Shown here: in pieces, positions 1-52,869 of the stretch
How the letters are laid out: every line of letters starts with the position of its first letter
Position numbering within the stretch: position 1 is the first letter of the stretch
DNA from: Gracilinanus agilis
Lineage: Eukaryota
DNA length: 59,748 nucleotides
Assembly (NCBI RefSeq): GCF_016433145.1
Contig: NC_058132.1
Coordinates: 26,788,072 to 26,847,819 of the forward strand
Reading direction: 5' to 3'
Made by a program: the position numbers and the translations under genes
Notes under the pieces: generated by a model
What the model saw: only the letters and a program-made list of their open reading frames with translations
The model's database searches: none
What the model was told of the DNA's origin: nothing

Positions 1-23
1 AGAGAGAGAGAGAGGGAGAGAGA

Positions 24-55
<32 letters not shown>
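1..55. repeat. (GA)n microsatellite
   Basis: Direct reading; runs off the window start. Confidence 0.95.
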
Positions 56-216
56 ACAAACCAGTGGGTAGAGGGAGGATTTAATGGGAACAGATGGGCC
101 TTTGGTGGAAAGCTGTCCCGTCTCTCCCTCGCAGACTCTGCTCCATCTGCTGCTCCTGGAGGCTCGCTCTCACCTAATCGGTCCCTGGCGAGGCGGTGGT
201 AGGGCTGTACGCCACC

Positions 217-21832
<21,616 letters not shown>

Positions 21833-24582
21833 CTTGACCGTTTCAACGGATCCTGGGCAGGATGGACAGGATGGCTGCTGAGGCCATAGGCACCTCCTTT
21901 CTGGGTTACTTTGCCTGTGGCCCCATCCCCACCCTCACCCACATGCTTTTCTTCTCCTCCCTGACCTTGCCTGTGAAGGATCTGATCCTTCATCTCTCCT
22001 GCCTGATGGTCACTTGCTAGCCCTGACTGGCCCCGGTGGGCTCAGGCAGGGAGAGGGCAGAGGCGCAGGGAGACTTTTTAACCAAGCCCCAAGCCCCCCA
22101 CCCTGCTCCCAAGGTACTTGGAACTCAGTGAAAGCCAGCTCCCTGTTGGCCTTGTGACCTGGACATCCCTAAGGGGAGAGTGGAAGCCCTCCCAATCCCT
22201 GCCCTGACCAGGAGGCTCCTGGGTTCCCATATCTCCTGGGCCTGAGCTGTTTCCTCAAGGGTCAGGTGGCAGATGTGGCCAACCTTGTCTCTGACTGGGC
22301 ACGAAGGATGTCTTTGCCAGTCCTCAGAAGGAACCTAGGATCCCTTCTCCCTCTACTGGCTTAGGGCGAGCTGTGGTGCTTTATCCCTGGACTGTCAGCC
22401 GTCAGCCCTTCTCCCTTGGCTTCAGATTCCCGGCAGTTCACTGGCCCAGCCTGGCTCTGCCCTCAGACCTTATGCCCAAGTCAGGAGAATGCCCAGCAGT
22501 GGCCCCCCCTTGCCAGTGATGGGCAGGCAGCTACTAAAGCAATAATGTCTTCGTACCCGAGCAGCCTTAAAGCCAGATGCCCCCAAAGTTGGGGTGCCTG
22601 CTCATGCCCTGCCACCTTCTTTGTAGTGGCCCAGCTAAGGCCATCTCTGAGCAGCTCCTCCCGGCTGCCTCCCTTTTTGCCCTCTGGCATTTCAGAAGCT
22701 CCCTAGGGTAGCATAAGGGCAGGATTGTAGGGGCTTCCCTTCTTCTCTACCCCACGTCCCCAGTTTCTTCCTCACTGGATGAGATTGGCTGAGAGTAAGG
22801 GGAAGAGCCTTCTGCCCCTCTCTCTCCACAGACCCAGTGGGGTGCTCATTAGGGTGGTGCAGCTGTGGGCAGCTCAGGCTGCCTGGAAGGAAAGCGGCCA
22901 CTTTCTCTCTAAGGAGACGCAGGGTATGGGAGCAAGCCCTAGATGAGCTTGGGCAGGCCTGGCTCTACGTGCTGAAAGCTGGACCCCCAGAGCAGTAGCC
23001 CCCCTGTTAGGGGGAGAGCACACCTGGGGCAGGAGCCAGAGGATTGGGGACTTGCCTTACCGTGGGCACAGGGAAGCAGGGGAGACAGCTCTGGCCCCCC
23101 TGGCCCTTTCCCCTCTCCCAGACACAGCCTCCTGGCCACCCTGGCTTGTGGCCACCCCACTGGGAACTCGGGACCCTCTCTGTCCCAGTGCCTTATCTGG
23201 TTAACGCAATGGCCTCTTCCTCCCCAGAGTGAAAGGGGAAGCCCAGGGAACATCGGGGATCGGAGGCATGGGGGAACTTTGGCTTCTGTTTGATGAAGGC
23301 TCTGCTAGAGTCTTGTCACATCTCTCCCCTCCTCCCCATCTTAGCCTGCTTTCCTTCCTCTTTCAATATCTTCATCTCCCTCCTGGGGCTTGTACATGGC
23401 CGGCCAGGTTCTGATCCTCTCAGTTCCAGTCACCCCATCCCCATTCCTCAGCCTCCCCTAAAGCTGCTGGCTGGGCCAGAGCTTCAGACGATTGGGGTGC
23501 CCCAGGGCAGGCTTCCTGGGTCAGCCCCCTCCGCCCCCAGCAGAGGCTTCAGGGCATAGCTATAACAGGAGCCCAGGGCCCAGGTGGCTGGAAGGGCCAA
23601 GTCAGGGCCTTGGAAAGGAGGGCGGGTGGGCAGGCCACACCAGAGCCATTGGGAAGTGGAGTTCCTGCTTTGGGCCGGGCCCGGTAACACGTCCTCCACC
23701 CCCCCCCCCCCGAGTCCCCCAGGGACTGGCAGGGGGTTTCCAACTGTTACAGATTCCTTAACGCAACAGTGTTCAGGCTCCCGGCTCCTTGGGGGTTTCA
23801 GAAAGGAGTGACGGGGCTGTTAGGTCAAAGTTCTCGGTTCAGGGCATCTGCCTGAGGTGACCCCATTTCCCTTTCTACGTCTCATGAGGCCTGCTGCCCA
23901 TGGGGTACCAGAAGAACCTTACGATGGGGGGAGGGCCGGGGGAGCCCGCCACAGGGCCCCTCGTCAGCTGGTTGGGCTCTGCCGAAACCCAAGCACTTAG
24001 CCCTGAAGTCCTGAGGGTTTGGGTACTGCGCCTCCCCCCACTGCCCTGCCCCGATGTCTCCTTCTGCTCACCACAGACCGATCCAGTTTGTGGGGTGGGA
24101 AGGGGACCTGCAGGCCTCAGGGAGGTGTTGGAGGCTCCCCCAACCCATCTGCCGCATTCCTTGCTCATTTCTGGATTGGAAGCAGGGAGGACCAAGCAAT
24201 GGCTCCTCACAGCAGATGCAAGATCTCGGGCTTGGGTCCCCTTTGTGTGTGTGCATGTGTGCGTCTGTGTGAGTGTGTGTGTATACATATACATACATAT
24301 ATATGTATATATGTTAGGGATGGGTCCTCCCCCAGGATCCTTGGGGTGGGGAGAGTGGGCCAGGGATGGGAAGGGCTCCTGCCCCACCCCAGGGACACCC
24401 CCACCCTGGGGGCTGCTGCAGCTCACAGGAAACAGTGCAATGGGACATGAGGGTCCCTCCTGGCTTCCTCCTTTGGGGGTGGGGGGTGGGAGGTTTTCAG
24501 TTTGGGGGTTATTTTTTTCCTCATGATGCAAGGGAGGGGGCTGGAGGAAGCCAGGGATGGCAAAGGGGTCGTGTGGGGATGG

Positions 24583-24618
<36 letters not shown>

Positions 24619-24666
24619 CTGTAAATCATCTTAGCTATTCTTTCTCGACTTTGTACGGTACTGACA

Positions 24667-24672
24667 ATTAAA
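24667..24672 (+). terminator. AKT2: probable AKT2 polyadenylation signal ATTAAA (3'UTR about 2.85 kb)
   Basis: ATTAAA at the end of a TE-poor 3'UTR-like tract with TG repeats; SINE remnants resume downstream. Inference. Confidence 0.6.
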
Positions 24673-27600
24673 ACATTTCAGCCAAATTGGGCTTAGTTTG
24701 GTCTCTGCCCACGTGGGGCCCCGGCCGGCCAGCCCTCCTTGATCCCTGGGACACAAGTTGGGAAGGCGTTACCTGAGCCTGGCCCTTCAGGGCAGCTGTA
24801 GCCAGACTCTGGCTGAGGACAAGAGACTTGGGGGCCCCGATAGGCGACTAGGCAGCTGTTCAACAAAGCTGCTGGCCCCTGGAGGGAATAATGCAAGGTC
24901 CAACCGCTCCAGGATCTGTGCTGGAAAACCCAAGGAATATGGTTCAGGTCCTCGGCACCCCTAGGGCAGCCAGCTGCCAGAACCCCAACGCACCCACTGA
25001 GAGGATCCTGTGGGGAAGGTGATGCTGCAGTTGGGTTTGAATCCTCCCCAAAAGCAATGCCCATTCCAGGCCCAGGAGATGGCAGAGAGCCACGAGGCAA
25101 GGAAGGCCAGTTTGGCTAAGGGTGAAGCGTGGGGCCAAGAAATGGCTGATGGGGAAGGAGGCCAACTCAGAGGATTTCAGAGAAATTGGCACTACAGGTT
25201 TGAGCATAAATCTCAACAGTTCTGGAGACCCTAGATTTGAACTCGGATCTTCCTGATTCCAGGCCCAGCATACCCTCCACTGCCTCATCAGCTGGTTCAG
25301 TCCAGGGTGGCCAGCTAGAAAGTGTTGGAGCCCAGATTTGGAGCTCTTGTCTTCCTGACTCTAAACCCAGCACTCTTTAACAGCACCTGCCTAGACAAAT
25401 GGGCTGACTGTGACCTGAGTTTGTGGGCTTTCTTGAGTTCTGTATCAATTGTTGAATCACAATGTTTACCATCCACTCAGACCCCTGGATCTTCTTCAGA
25501 CAAACTGTTGTCTTACCAGCAGCTCCCCCATCCCATACCTGGGAAGTTGATTTTTTGAGCCCAAGCAGGACTTTTACATTTCTCTGCTGGATATCACCAT
25601 ATTTGATTTTGGCCCACATTCTAGCCTGTCAAGATCTCTGGCCTCTTGTTATCAGCATGTTAGTTTTCCTACTGTGGGAACTGAACACCAGTTTGCACCC
25701 CTTTGCTTGGTCCCCTAAAAACAGGCTTGGGCTATTTCTCTAGTGAACTGCATCTCCCCAGAGCTCCTGCCCTGAGGCTTCTCGGTAGGAGAAGGTGCCT
25801 CCTGGCTCCCAGGCTTCTGGGAAGGTGCTGGCTTTTGTCCCGCCTGACCCAGACTGAGGGCCCCGTTTGTCTAGCGTACCCTGGGCTGTGAGCACCGGCC
25901 AGGAGGTGAGCCGCCATGCCCCACACTGGCTCTTCCCCCTTCTAGACACACACTAGGACTCGAGGAGTAGAACCTTGGGGATGGACAGCAGGGCCTGAAG
26001 CCAGGAAGACCCAAATGCCTGAGGTCAAATTTCACCCCATTGGCCTCAGTTTCCTCATCTGTGAAATAAGCTGGAGGAGGACATGGCAGACTCCTTTGGC
26101 ATCTTTGCCAAGAAAACCCCAAGCGGGATCCTGAAGAATCAAAGATGGCAAGTTGAGCCCATGGGCAGTACCCCATTGGACCTGGTGATGTGGCAAGTCC
26201 CACCTTAGAGGAGCTGCCTCAGGGGCTTCCCTTGCAGAAATGACGGTTCTGGTGCCCACGACCTGCCCAAGGCCACTTCCAGATCCAAAGGCCACAAGGC
26301 TAAGGCTTAGTCAGGGAGATTGCCGGGCTGGGCCCCCAAGGGGCTGAGGTCCTGGCAGGTGTGTAGGGTGATGGGGGATGGGGGGGAGGCTTGCAGCTCT
26401 GGAGTCCCGGCTCCAAATGCTGACCTTAGTAAAGCACGATTGGCAGCTCAGCCTCAGTTTCCGCTATTACTCGCCTAGCCAACCTCCCAAATGCCTTGTG
26501 TGCCAGTACTATCCAATCATGCCTGATGCTTTGTGGGCTGTCAGTGAGGTTGCTTTTCTTGGCAGGAATGCTGGAGTAGTTTGCCATTTCCTTCTCCAGT
26601 GGGCCCACTTGTTCCTTTTGTCAGGCTATCAGAGTGACTTGCCCAAGATCACACAGCCAGGAAGTATCTGAGGCTGGATTTGAATTCGGGTCTTCTTGAC
26701 TCTAGGCCCAATGCTCTTGACCATTGAGCTACTTGTTTCTGAAAATAATGGCGCCCCCTCCTTGGGAGGGGAGAGGCCTTGAGGCTGGGATGGGGGTAGA
26801 GATGGAGAGAATGTCAGGTGTGGCTCTGGTGCAACCCTCGGGGATAACACTCACCCTCTTGAAAACCCTCTCCTTAACAGGCACTTATTAAGCTCCTGCT
26901 GTGTGCCAAGCTCTGCTGGGGAGACAGAAAAAAAATGAACTGGTCTCTGCTCTGGAGCATTCCAGGAAGGGAGATTTGTGCACATAGAAGGGGGGAGATA
27001 GGTTAACCTCAAAATAAAAACGAGGTAGGGAGGGCAACAGCAGCCCATAGAGGAATCGAGGAAGGTTTGTGGGGACTGCAATGAGGAGAGCCCCTGGAAT
27101 AATCAGTGTGAGAACTAAAGCCATCAACTGTGTGAGTAGAGAGAATGGGTACACACTTCTCGGTATCTGCCCCACAAAGCCGGCTCTTTGAGGAGGGGCT
27201 CTGCGTTTTGTCTCCGCACTGCCATCACCTCTGTCTTGACGGAGGTCTACTAGATTTTCACCACGACCATACCGAAACTTCCATTTTACAGATGAAGAAT
27301 CTGAGGCTCAAAGCGAATGCAGTGACGTCAGAGGTCAAAAAGCACGTGTCACAAGTGAGTGGGAGGAGGCGGGGCCGCTGTCCGCTCATCCCAAGGCCTT
27401 CACACTTTCCTCTACCCTCTTTCGGCCGGGTGGAAGGCCGTGGGATCTGGCTGAGGAAGGACCGAGTTCAAATCCAATCAAGTCATTTCATGTCTGCCTC
27501 AGTTTCTTCATCTGTAAAATGAAGCACCTGCCTCCCAGAAATGGGAAGCTAGAATGAAACCCTCTTTGTAAGACGCTCTATAAATAGACGCTAAACAAAA

Positions 27601-27738
27601 ATTCTGGCTAGCTATTCTTATCCAGAGGTCTGGCTATTGGAAGAAAACGACGGAGTCCGGCAGCAACTTAGTTACCTTGTAAACAAGTAGCAAAGACTCC
27701 GCCTGCAAACCGAAGGCCCCTGCGCAGGCCTGGCGCGA

Positions 27739-27902
27739 CCAATCAGCACCGCATTCTAGAGAGGAGCCAATCATGGCCACGCCTCCCTTACGGATTACGT
27801 GAGTCCTAAGCGGTGGCCAATCAGAGTCGTTGCTGTAGACGGCCAATTGGGGCGGGGCGGATTGCACCGGAGCCAATGGCCTAGTTTGCCGGGAATTTTG
27901 AA
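27739..27902 (+). promoter_or_regulatory. CCNP promoter: five CCAAT boxes, GC box, CDE/CHR-like element
   Basis: CCAAT at 27739, 27767, 27817, 27843, 27873; ggggcggggc about 27849-27858; gccgg-gaat-TTTGAA at 27888-27902; CpG-rich. Confidence 0.75.
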
Positions 27903-28086
27903 GGGGGCCAGCTAGAAGGTAGAAAGAGACCCGTCCCGGCACCCTTTACAAGCCCCGGGCCAGAGCCCCTCCCCATTCCTCCTTGCGGAGCGGCCCTGAG
28001 CCGGGGAAAAGTCGGTGAGCCCCGCTGCCAGGGAGCAGCTGCGCCTCTCCTTCCCTTCCCATTCGGGGACCTCTTCCCTCTCCCAG

Positions 28087-30178
<2,092 letters not shown>

Positions 30179-30250
30179 ACTGAGGGGAGCGGGGCAAAAG
30201 GGGAGGGAGTCTTGTTAAAAAAAATTATACGTCTGTGTGTCTTCACTTCT

Positions 30251-30256
30251 AATAAA
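30251..30256 (+). terminator. CCNP: CCNP polyadenylation signal AATAAA
   Basis: Canonical hexamer followed by a T-rich tract. Confidence 0.75.
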
Positions 30257-30804
30257 GGCGATATTTGTATTTTAATTCTGGCCTTTCTTTTTATTCTGAT
30301 ACTCCCCTGTTCTTTGGCCCCTCCATAATTCTCCTCTTGACCTTAGTTCCCTCTAGGAAGAAACAAATCTAAACGTGGATCTAAAGACTAGGGGTCGAGG
30401 GGAGTGGAACCGGGTGCCCGTAGGGCGTTGGCTGCCTCCCTCCTAGAAGTCCGGAGAGACAGGGATTCCTGGGGCCTTGGAACAGGTCCGAAGGACAAAT
30501 CGGGGCCTGGGCGAACTGAGAGCATCCCGAAAAAACCTGCTGCACCTTTCCCTATTCCAATATTATCCGAGTTCCAAAACAGAGTAGCTGGGATTGCCAG
30601 GTGGGGGCTGGGGGGAGGAGCGGGGAGGGGAGCAGGGAAGCGAGGAGATCGGGATTTGGGTCTTAATTTGGAGTGGTGCATTTGAGATAGAGGGAGGCGT
30701 TGAGAAAAGATTCCCCAGCCCCGCAGGAGTGGCCGGAGCCGGTGACGGCGGCGGCGTCTAGGGTGGGGACGGGCTCCCCATGGTTGGTGATGCGGCGGCT
30801 GTAG

Positions 30805-32932
<2,128 letters not shown>

Positions 32933-33112
32933 TCCGCCCAGGCCCGTGTCGCGTGCTTTAGTGGGAGGCTCGGGACTCCGACCCGGGAGGGGCGGGGGAA
33001 AGGTCGGAGCTGGCTGCCGAGGCCAAATCCCGCTTTTGCCCCGCCTCCTCGGCCCCTGGCTGCCCCACCCCCCACCCCCCACCCCGCGGGGCTGCGGCGG
33101 GGCACCCCAGAC

Positions 33113-33131
33113 AATAAAGTGAGAGAATAAA
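33113..33131 (+). terminator. TTC9B: TTC9B tandem AATAAA signals
   Basis: AATAAA at 33113-33118 and 33126-33131. Confidence 0.75.
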
Positions 33132-33480
33132 CTGCGACCCAAAGCCCAAGTGGTGCCCTTATTGTCCCGGCGGCGGCGGCAGCGGCGCACACCCGATACC
33201 AGGCAGCAGGGGCCCTGCAAGGCCCACCGTGCCCCGTCCGGCCCGGCCCGTGGGTGCCTGCAATCCGTGCTGACCCTCATTCGGTGGGGGTCTGGGGTGG
33301 GAAAGGAGGGGGCTCCCCCTCCCGGCTCTCACAGCAGACACCAGGGTACAAGACAAGGAATTTATATTAGCCGGCCTTTCCCGTCCCCCCACCCCCTCCC
33401 CAATAAATACATGGCATCAGTCCCTGGCTGGGGCTCTCTCTGCCCCATGGGGGCGCTGCCCGCAGGCCAGGGCTGTACAT

Positions 33481-48031
<14,551 letters not shown>

Positions 48032-48189
48032 TCATCAGCATCCCCCCTCTGCCCGCACACCTCGGTGTCCAGGTCTTCTGAAGGGCTGACCAAAGAGGGT
48101 GGTGGGGAGCAGGGCAAGGTGAAAGCGGTCACCTCTTCCAGGGAGTCCTCAGGGTCTCCAAGCAGCCGGGAGGGAGAGGGAGGCCTGTG

Positions 48190-48610
48190 GGTCGGCGGTG
48201 GGGGATGGGGTTGGATCTGCCCCTCCCCCCACTAGCCTTCCCCTCCCCGTGCCGGGTTGCCCTTACCCCGCGGCAGCAGCGGCCCCTCGCGCCCCGCGGC
48301 TTCTCAGCATCCTGGCGCTCGAGCCCTGCCCCGGGCCCTGGCCCCGGTCTGGCCCTGGCCTCCTTCCCGAGCTGGTCACCTGTGCTCACCGGAGGACCAG
48401 CAGGCTCGCAGAGAGGTTCCCTCACCCCGAGGGCGGCGGCTCCATCTCCCGCACCTGCACTGGCCTGGCCCCGCCCAGCCAGTCAGCCTACCCGGGGCTT
48501 GTCAGCAGCGGCTGCCCGCCCCGGTGGCCCGAGCTGCAGCCTCAGCCGCTGCCACCACTGCCACCGCGCTGCCGGATGGGACTTGTAGTCTGCGCGGCTC
48601 GGGCGTGATT
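48190..48610 (-). promoter_or_regulatory. MAP3K10 CpG island / promoter with ACTACAnnTCCC motif
   Basis: CpG-dense; gggacttgtagtc at 48578-48590 reads GACTACAAGTCCC on the minus strand (ZNF143/THAP11-associated motif). Confidence 0.75.
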
Positions 48611-50097
48611 TCTATCCCTCCCCCTCCCCCATGGAGAGGAGGGCCAGGGGCTTCCTAGTTCCTAACCCTCCCTAGCTGACCTGCTTTTTTGGCGGGTGAG
48701 TAAATCGAGGTGGCTCTCGGCAGCCTGGAAGGTCCAGTCTCCTTCAACAATGGGTGGGGAAACTGAGGCCAAAGGGAATGGAGTGGAGAGGGTCAGAGAT
48801 CCTCCTTGGAAAGGTTTAGAAGAATAATCCAGAGTTCTGCTTTGGTAGATGGGGAAATAGAAGCCAAGGAGAGTGGAAAGAAGGGATCATTGGATCCTAG
48901 ATTTAGAACTGGAAGAAATTTTAAAGGTTATGGAGTCCAACCCTCCCATTTTACAAATAAAGAAATTGAGGCTCAGAGAGATGAAATGACTGACCCAGGA
49001 CACCAAACTAGTGTCTTAGGCAGGATTTGAATCCAAATCTCTCTGGCTCCAAGTCCAGTGCCGTATCCCCAGCATCCGGATGGCGGTCAGGGGATTTATA
49101 GATATTAGTGCTTGGGAGCCAATTGGATCCAGCCTTCTCCTTTATCAGATAAGGAAAAACTAAGGCCCAGGAAGAGAAGGTGGGAGGGGGAGTGACTGGT
49201 CCGTGGTCACTCAGCTGAGCATCCTGCCCTACCACAGCTCAGGAAAGGAAAAACTGGGAGTCTGTCCCAGCATCCCTGTGTGTCCCGGGCCAGGACTCAG
49301 GTATCCCCATCCTTGTGATCAGAGCTCCAGGCCAGTGGGCACCCTTCCCCCCTCCCATCACAGTGGCTGTTTGTCTGGGGGCAAGCCAGGAAGAGGTTGG
49401 GGGATGGGGGGGGAAGAGAGGCAACATCAGCTAAGTCACTGTCCTAAGATCCTCCTCCTCCTCCAGCTGCCTTCTGGGAAATGTAGTCTTTTTGGAGTGG
49501 TAGGAACCCCAGGTGCAGCAGTGGGCAATTTGGCCTTGAATTAGAGAGAGCCTTGAGGCTCCAGTTATCCTGGGGAAGGGGGAAGGGCCCAAGTCCTACC
49601 TCAAAAAGTTGGAGTGATAAAAGAGAGATTAAAAACCACCCCTTTCTTTTACAGATGGGAAGACCAGAGGCCCAATCAATCAATCAAAAAGCATTGATTA
49701 GACACCTACTATGTGCCAGATGATAACCCAACCAAAATGCAGCCCCTGCCCTCTAGGAGCTTCTATTCTAATGGAGCAGACGATTAAGTAAAATAAACGT
49801 TATAGACAGAGCAGATGGGAAGTGATCAGAGAGGGAGAACCATTAGCTGGTGGGGGAGTTGGGAAAGGCAGCATTGGGCTTGTGGGTTTGAAGCCAGGAT
49901 GGACCCAAGTTCAAATCAAACCCCTCATACGAGCTGGGTGGCTGGGCAAGCCATTAACTCTCAGTTTTCCTGAAAATATGTGCACTACTTATTTGGGGGT
50001 GGGCAGGAGAGAAGAGAACTATGTGCTTTACAAATATGATTTCATCATGCAAATCAAAACAACTCTGAGGTACTACCTGTAAAAAGAAAAAGCCAGC

Positions 50098-50912
50098 TGT
50101 AAAATTAAAGGGGTGAAAACTATGCAAATAAAGGTTCAAAACTGTTCAGATACTTTTGAGAGATGTAATCAAAACTATCTTCAGTGTGTTATAAGGAAGG
50201 AGAGGATTCGAGCATATGAGCAGGGTCTGAAAAAAGATGCAGAGGCAGGGAAAGTTTCTGGCATTCTGAAGAAGTAACTGAGCTATTACTAAGTCAGAGA
50301 AGCCTTGAGGCTGAGTCTTGTCTTTCTGGGGGGTACCTAGAGGGATTGGCTTTTCCCCTGTGGCTTTCTTCCTTCTATATCTTCCCATCCTGCCTGTACC
50401 TGTGTTATCCTATTTCCTGTTGGTTGAGTGATACATCTACAGAACTTCCTGAACCATTTGAGCCATCTGTCCTTGAGAACCACTTCCTGATTTCCCTGTC
50501 CTGTTTAGCTCCCAAACTCAATACCTCTGTTACCATCTAAGGGGGTTTTTGGTTTAGAGTTTATTTATATTAGGGACTGGGTCTTCAGGTAGATGGGTAA
50601 GGGCCAGTGTAGCTCAATCTCTGTGAAGGCTTCCTGCAAGGAAACAACTGTAGATCTGTGGGGGAGGGTTAGGTAGTGGATATTAGATAAGGTTATCCAA
50701 ATTCCCTTTCCTACCATCCCTTGCTTTAATAAACCAAATCATCCCTGTGTTTGTTACCTCTGCCTGGCCTCTGTCTGTTAGCCTGATACCTACATTCTTT
50801 TAGCCTTCCCAAAACCTGTGCTATCTTCTGTTATTGGCCCTGAGTAACCATTTAGACCTATTCCCTGAACCCATCAATTTTCCACTCATACCACCCTGGT
50901 ATTTCAGTTACA
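50098..50912 (+). mobile_element. ERV 5' LTR followed by a primer-binding site
   Basis: TGTAAA...GTTACA; AATAAA 50728-50733; tggcgaaccaggtaggaa at 50922-50939 is 14/18 to the recalled tRNA-Arg PBS TGGCGAGCCAGCCAGGAG. Confidence 0.65.
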
Positions 50913-51016
50913 TATTTCAGTTGGCGAACCAGGTAGGAATCAAACCTACAATCTTCTGATAAAGTGAAGTGAAGCTCATTAATGAACTTCTCTTTAGGCC
51001 AGGTGCAAGGACGCCT

Positions 51017-51697
51017 TGTTATGAAAAATAAAATATTTATTGAAATATATAAGGACGAAAAGGATTTCTAACTCTAAGGGATTCTAACTCCACCCAAATA
51101 AAACTCCCTGTTTACATAAGGGACCACTTCTCCTGTGTTTCACAGGCTACACTAATCCTTTCTGATCTGACTAACTCAAATTTGTACTATTCTCAATAAA
51201 TTAATAATATATCCTTATAATTTTTAATTTCATCTTCAAGTTATAAAATTAACAAAGGCTAGCTGGATGAATCTCAACAAGAATCAAGTTAGGACTCTGA
51301 GCCTTAACAGACTCAGAGTCCAAACCAAAGACCAGGGTTTTCTTTGGTCTTCTCAGAGTTAAATCAATCTTAAAAAAGGCAATCAATAGTGTTTCCCAAG
51401 TTGGAAAAATGAAACACTAAGCTCCTTCAGGTCTTTCCCTCAGACAGTGAAAGAGAGGCCAAGATGTTACCTCCTCTAGCCCTGAGAGAGAGAGTCCCTC
51501 TGGTGTGACTCTGCCAACTGTCAGAGACCAACTGCCACTGCCCAGAGACCCAACTGTCAGAGACAAAAAAACTTTTAAGACTTAAAACTGACACTCTGTC
51601 TTAGCTGTGTTTGAAACTCTAATTCTTTCTCAAGTCAGCTTCTTCACTTATCTCTAAACTAATATGACAAGACTTATTTTCTAATATCATCCTTATA
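51017..51697 (-). mobile_element. ERV 3' LTR
   Basis: Minus strand: polypurine tract gaaggggggaaa (51699-51710), start TATAAGG, AATAAA (51036-51041), end ...TAACA. Confidence 0.65.
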
Positions 51698-52869
51698 ATT
51701 TCCCCCCTTCAAGTATATGGAGAGATACAAAATCTCTCCCATATGCTCACTATTCTATGTAATTCTAAAGCTATACCTTTATTATTATTATATTTCCTAA
51801 AAAATGGTCTTAATCTTACGCTTATCTTATCCTATTCTTATTGCTACACCTTAGTTATGCTAACCTTTACTAGGGATATAAGTCAAAGAAAAGAAAATTT
51901 CAGTGAAAACAAATAATCAATGAAAACATACTTGTACAAATGCAAATGCAAAACATACAATTACAGAAATTCAAAATGCAAAATACAAAATGCAAACTTT
52001 TGAAACAATAAAATAGTTACGAAAACCAATTTAACTTATGTTTTACAAAAAAACTAAAATCTATCTAAAATAATAACTATGCAAACTACATTTTCCAAAT
52101 CCTATTTGAATAATTCAAATGAAACTGTTTACTATGCTAAGACCTTTTCCTATCGCTAATACATAAAACCAAAACTAACTACATTAAAACTCAAAATCAA
52201 CTTACTATACTAATAAAATCAAAACCTTGCAACAATTTAACTATATAAAATCTATAAAAATATACAGATCTATACAACTTCTATACCTATGTATATGTTA
52301 TGTACAAACTATTTACATGTTGTAGGAGGAAAATAAATTTCCCCCCTTAAGATAGTCTAAAAAATCCTTAAATATTTTCTTTAGAAAGATATATATGTTC
52401 TCCTTATGTTATCTCCTAGGAACACATAATATCTTCCTGTGAGATAAGATCTTATTAATCTAATTTGTACAGTTATTATTATTTTTCCAAGGTGATTTTT
52501 GTATTCATTTATTTCAATGAATACTCATCACCTGGTTATGATGTTGCAGAGTTTGTGAGAAATGTGTCCTATGTGTATATGTTATTTTGTAGTGAATACT
52601 TACCAAATCTTTAAAGTCAACTCCTCTGCTACTGACTTCTGTCTTTGTGTTGTTACTCTGTAGTGTTTGTTTGCAACTGTAGTGAAAACGTGTAATGTTA
52701 GAATGGTGCAAAAATCTTACAGTTCATGTCCATAATCAACCTGTGTTCCTCTTTTCTGTGTTGATTTTTCTGCAATGTCTTTGTTATAGTACAATTGTCC
52801 TTTTCGCTGTCATCTTCTCTGTTTCTTCTATGTCTTCTCCTTTGTCTTGATCTTGATCTGTCTCCATTT

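Noticed and set aside
23201-23768. Repeated ttaacgcaa 9-mer in the AKT2 3'UTR
   Set aside because: Two copies of a 9-mer in 3 kb is compatible with chance, and I recognise no motif.
23875-24531. 208-aa and 218-aa ORFs in the AKT2 3'UTR
   Set aside because: GC-rich and dinucleotide-repeat sequence with no recognisable domain.
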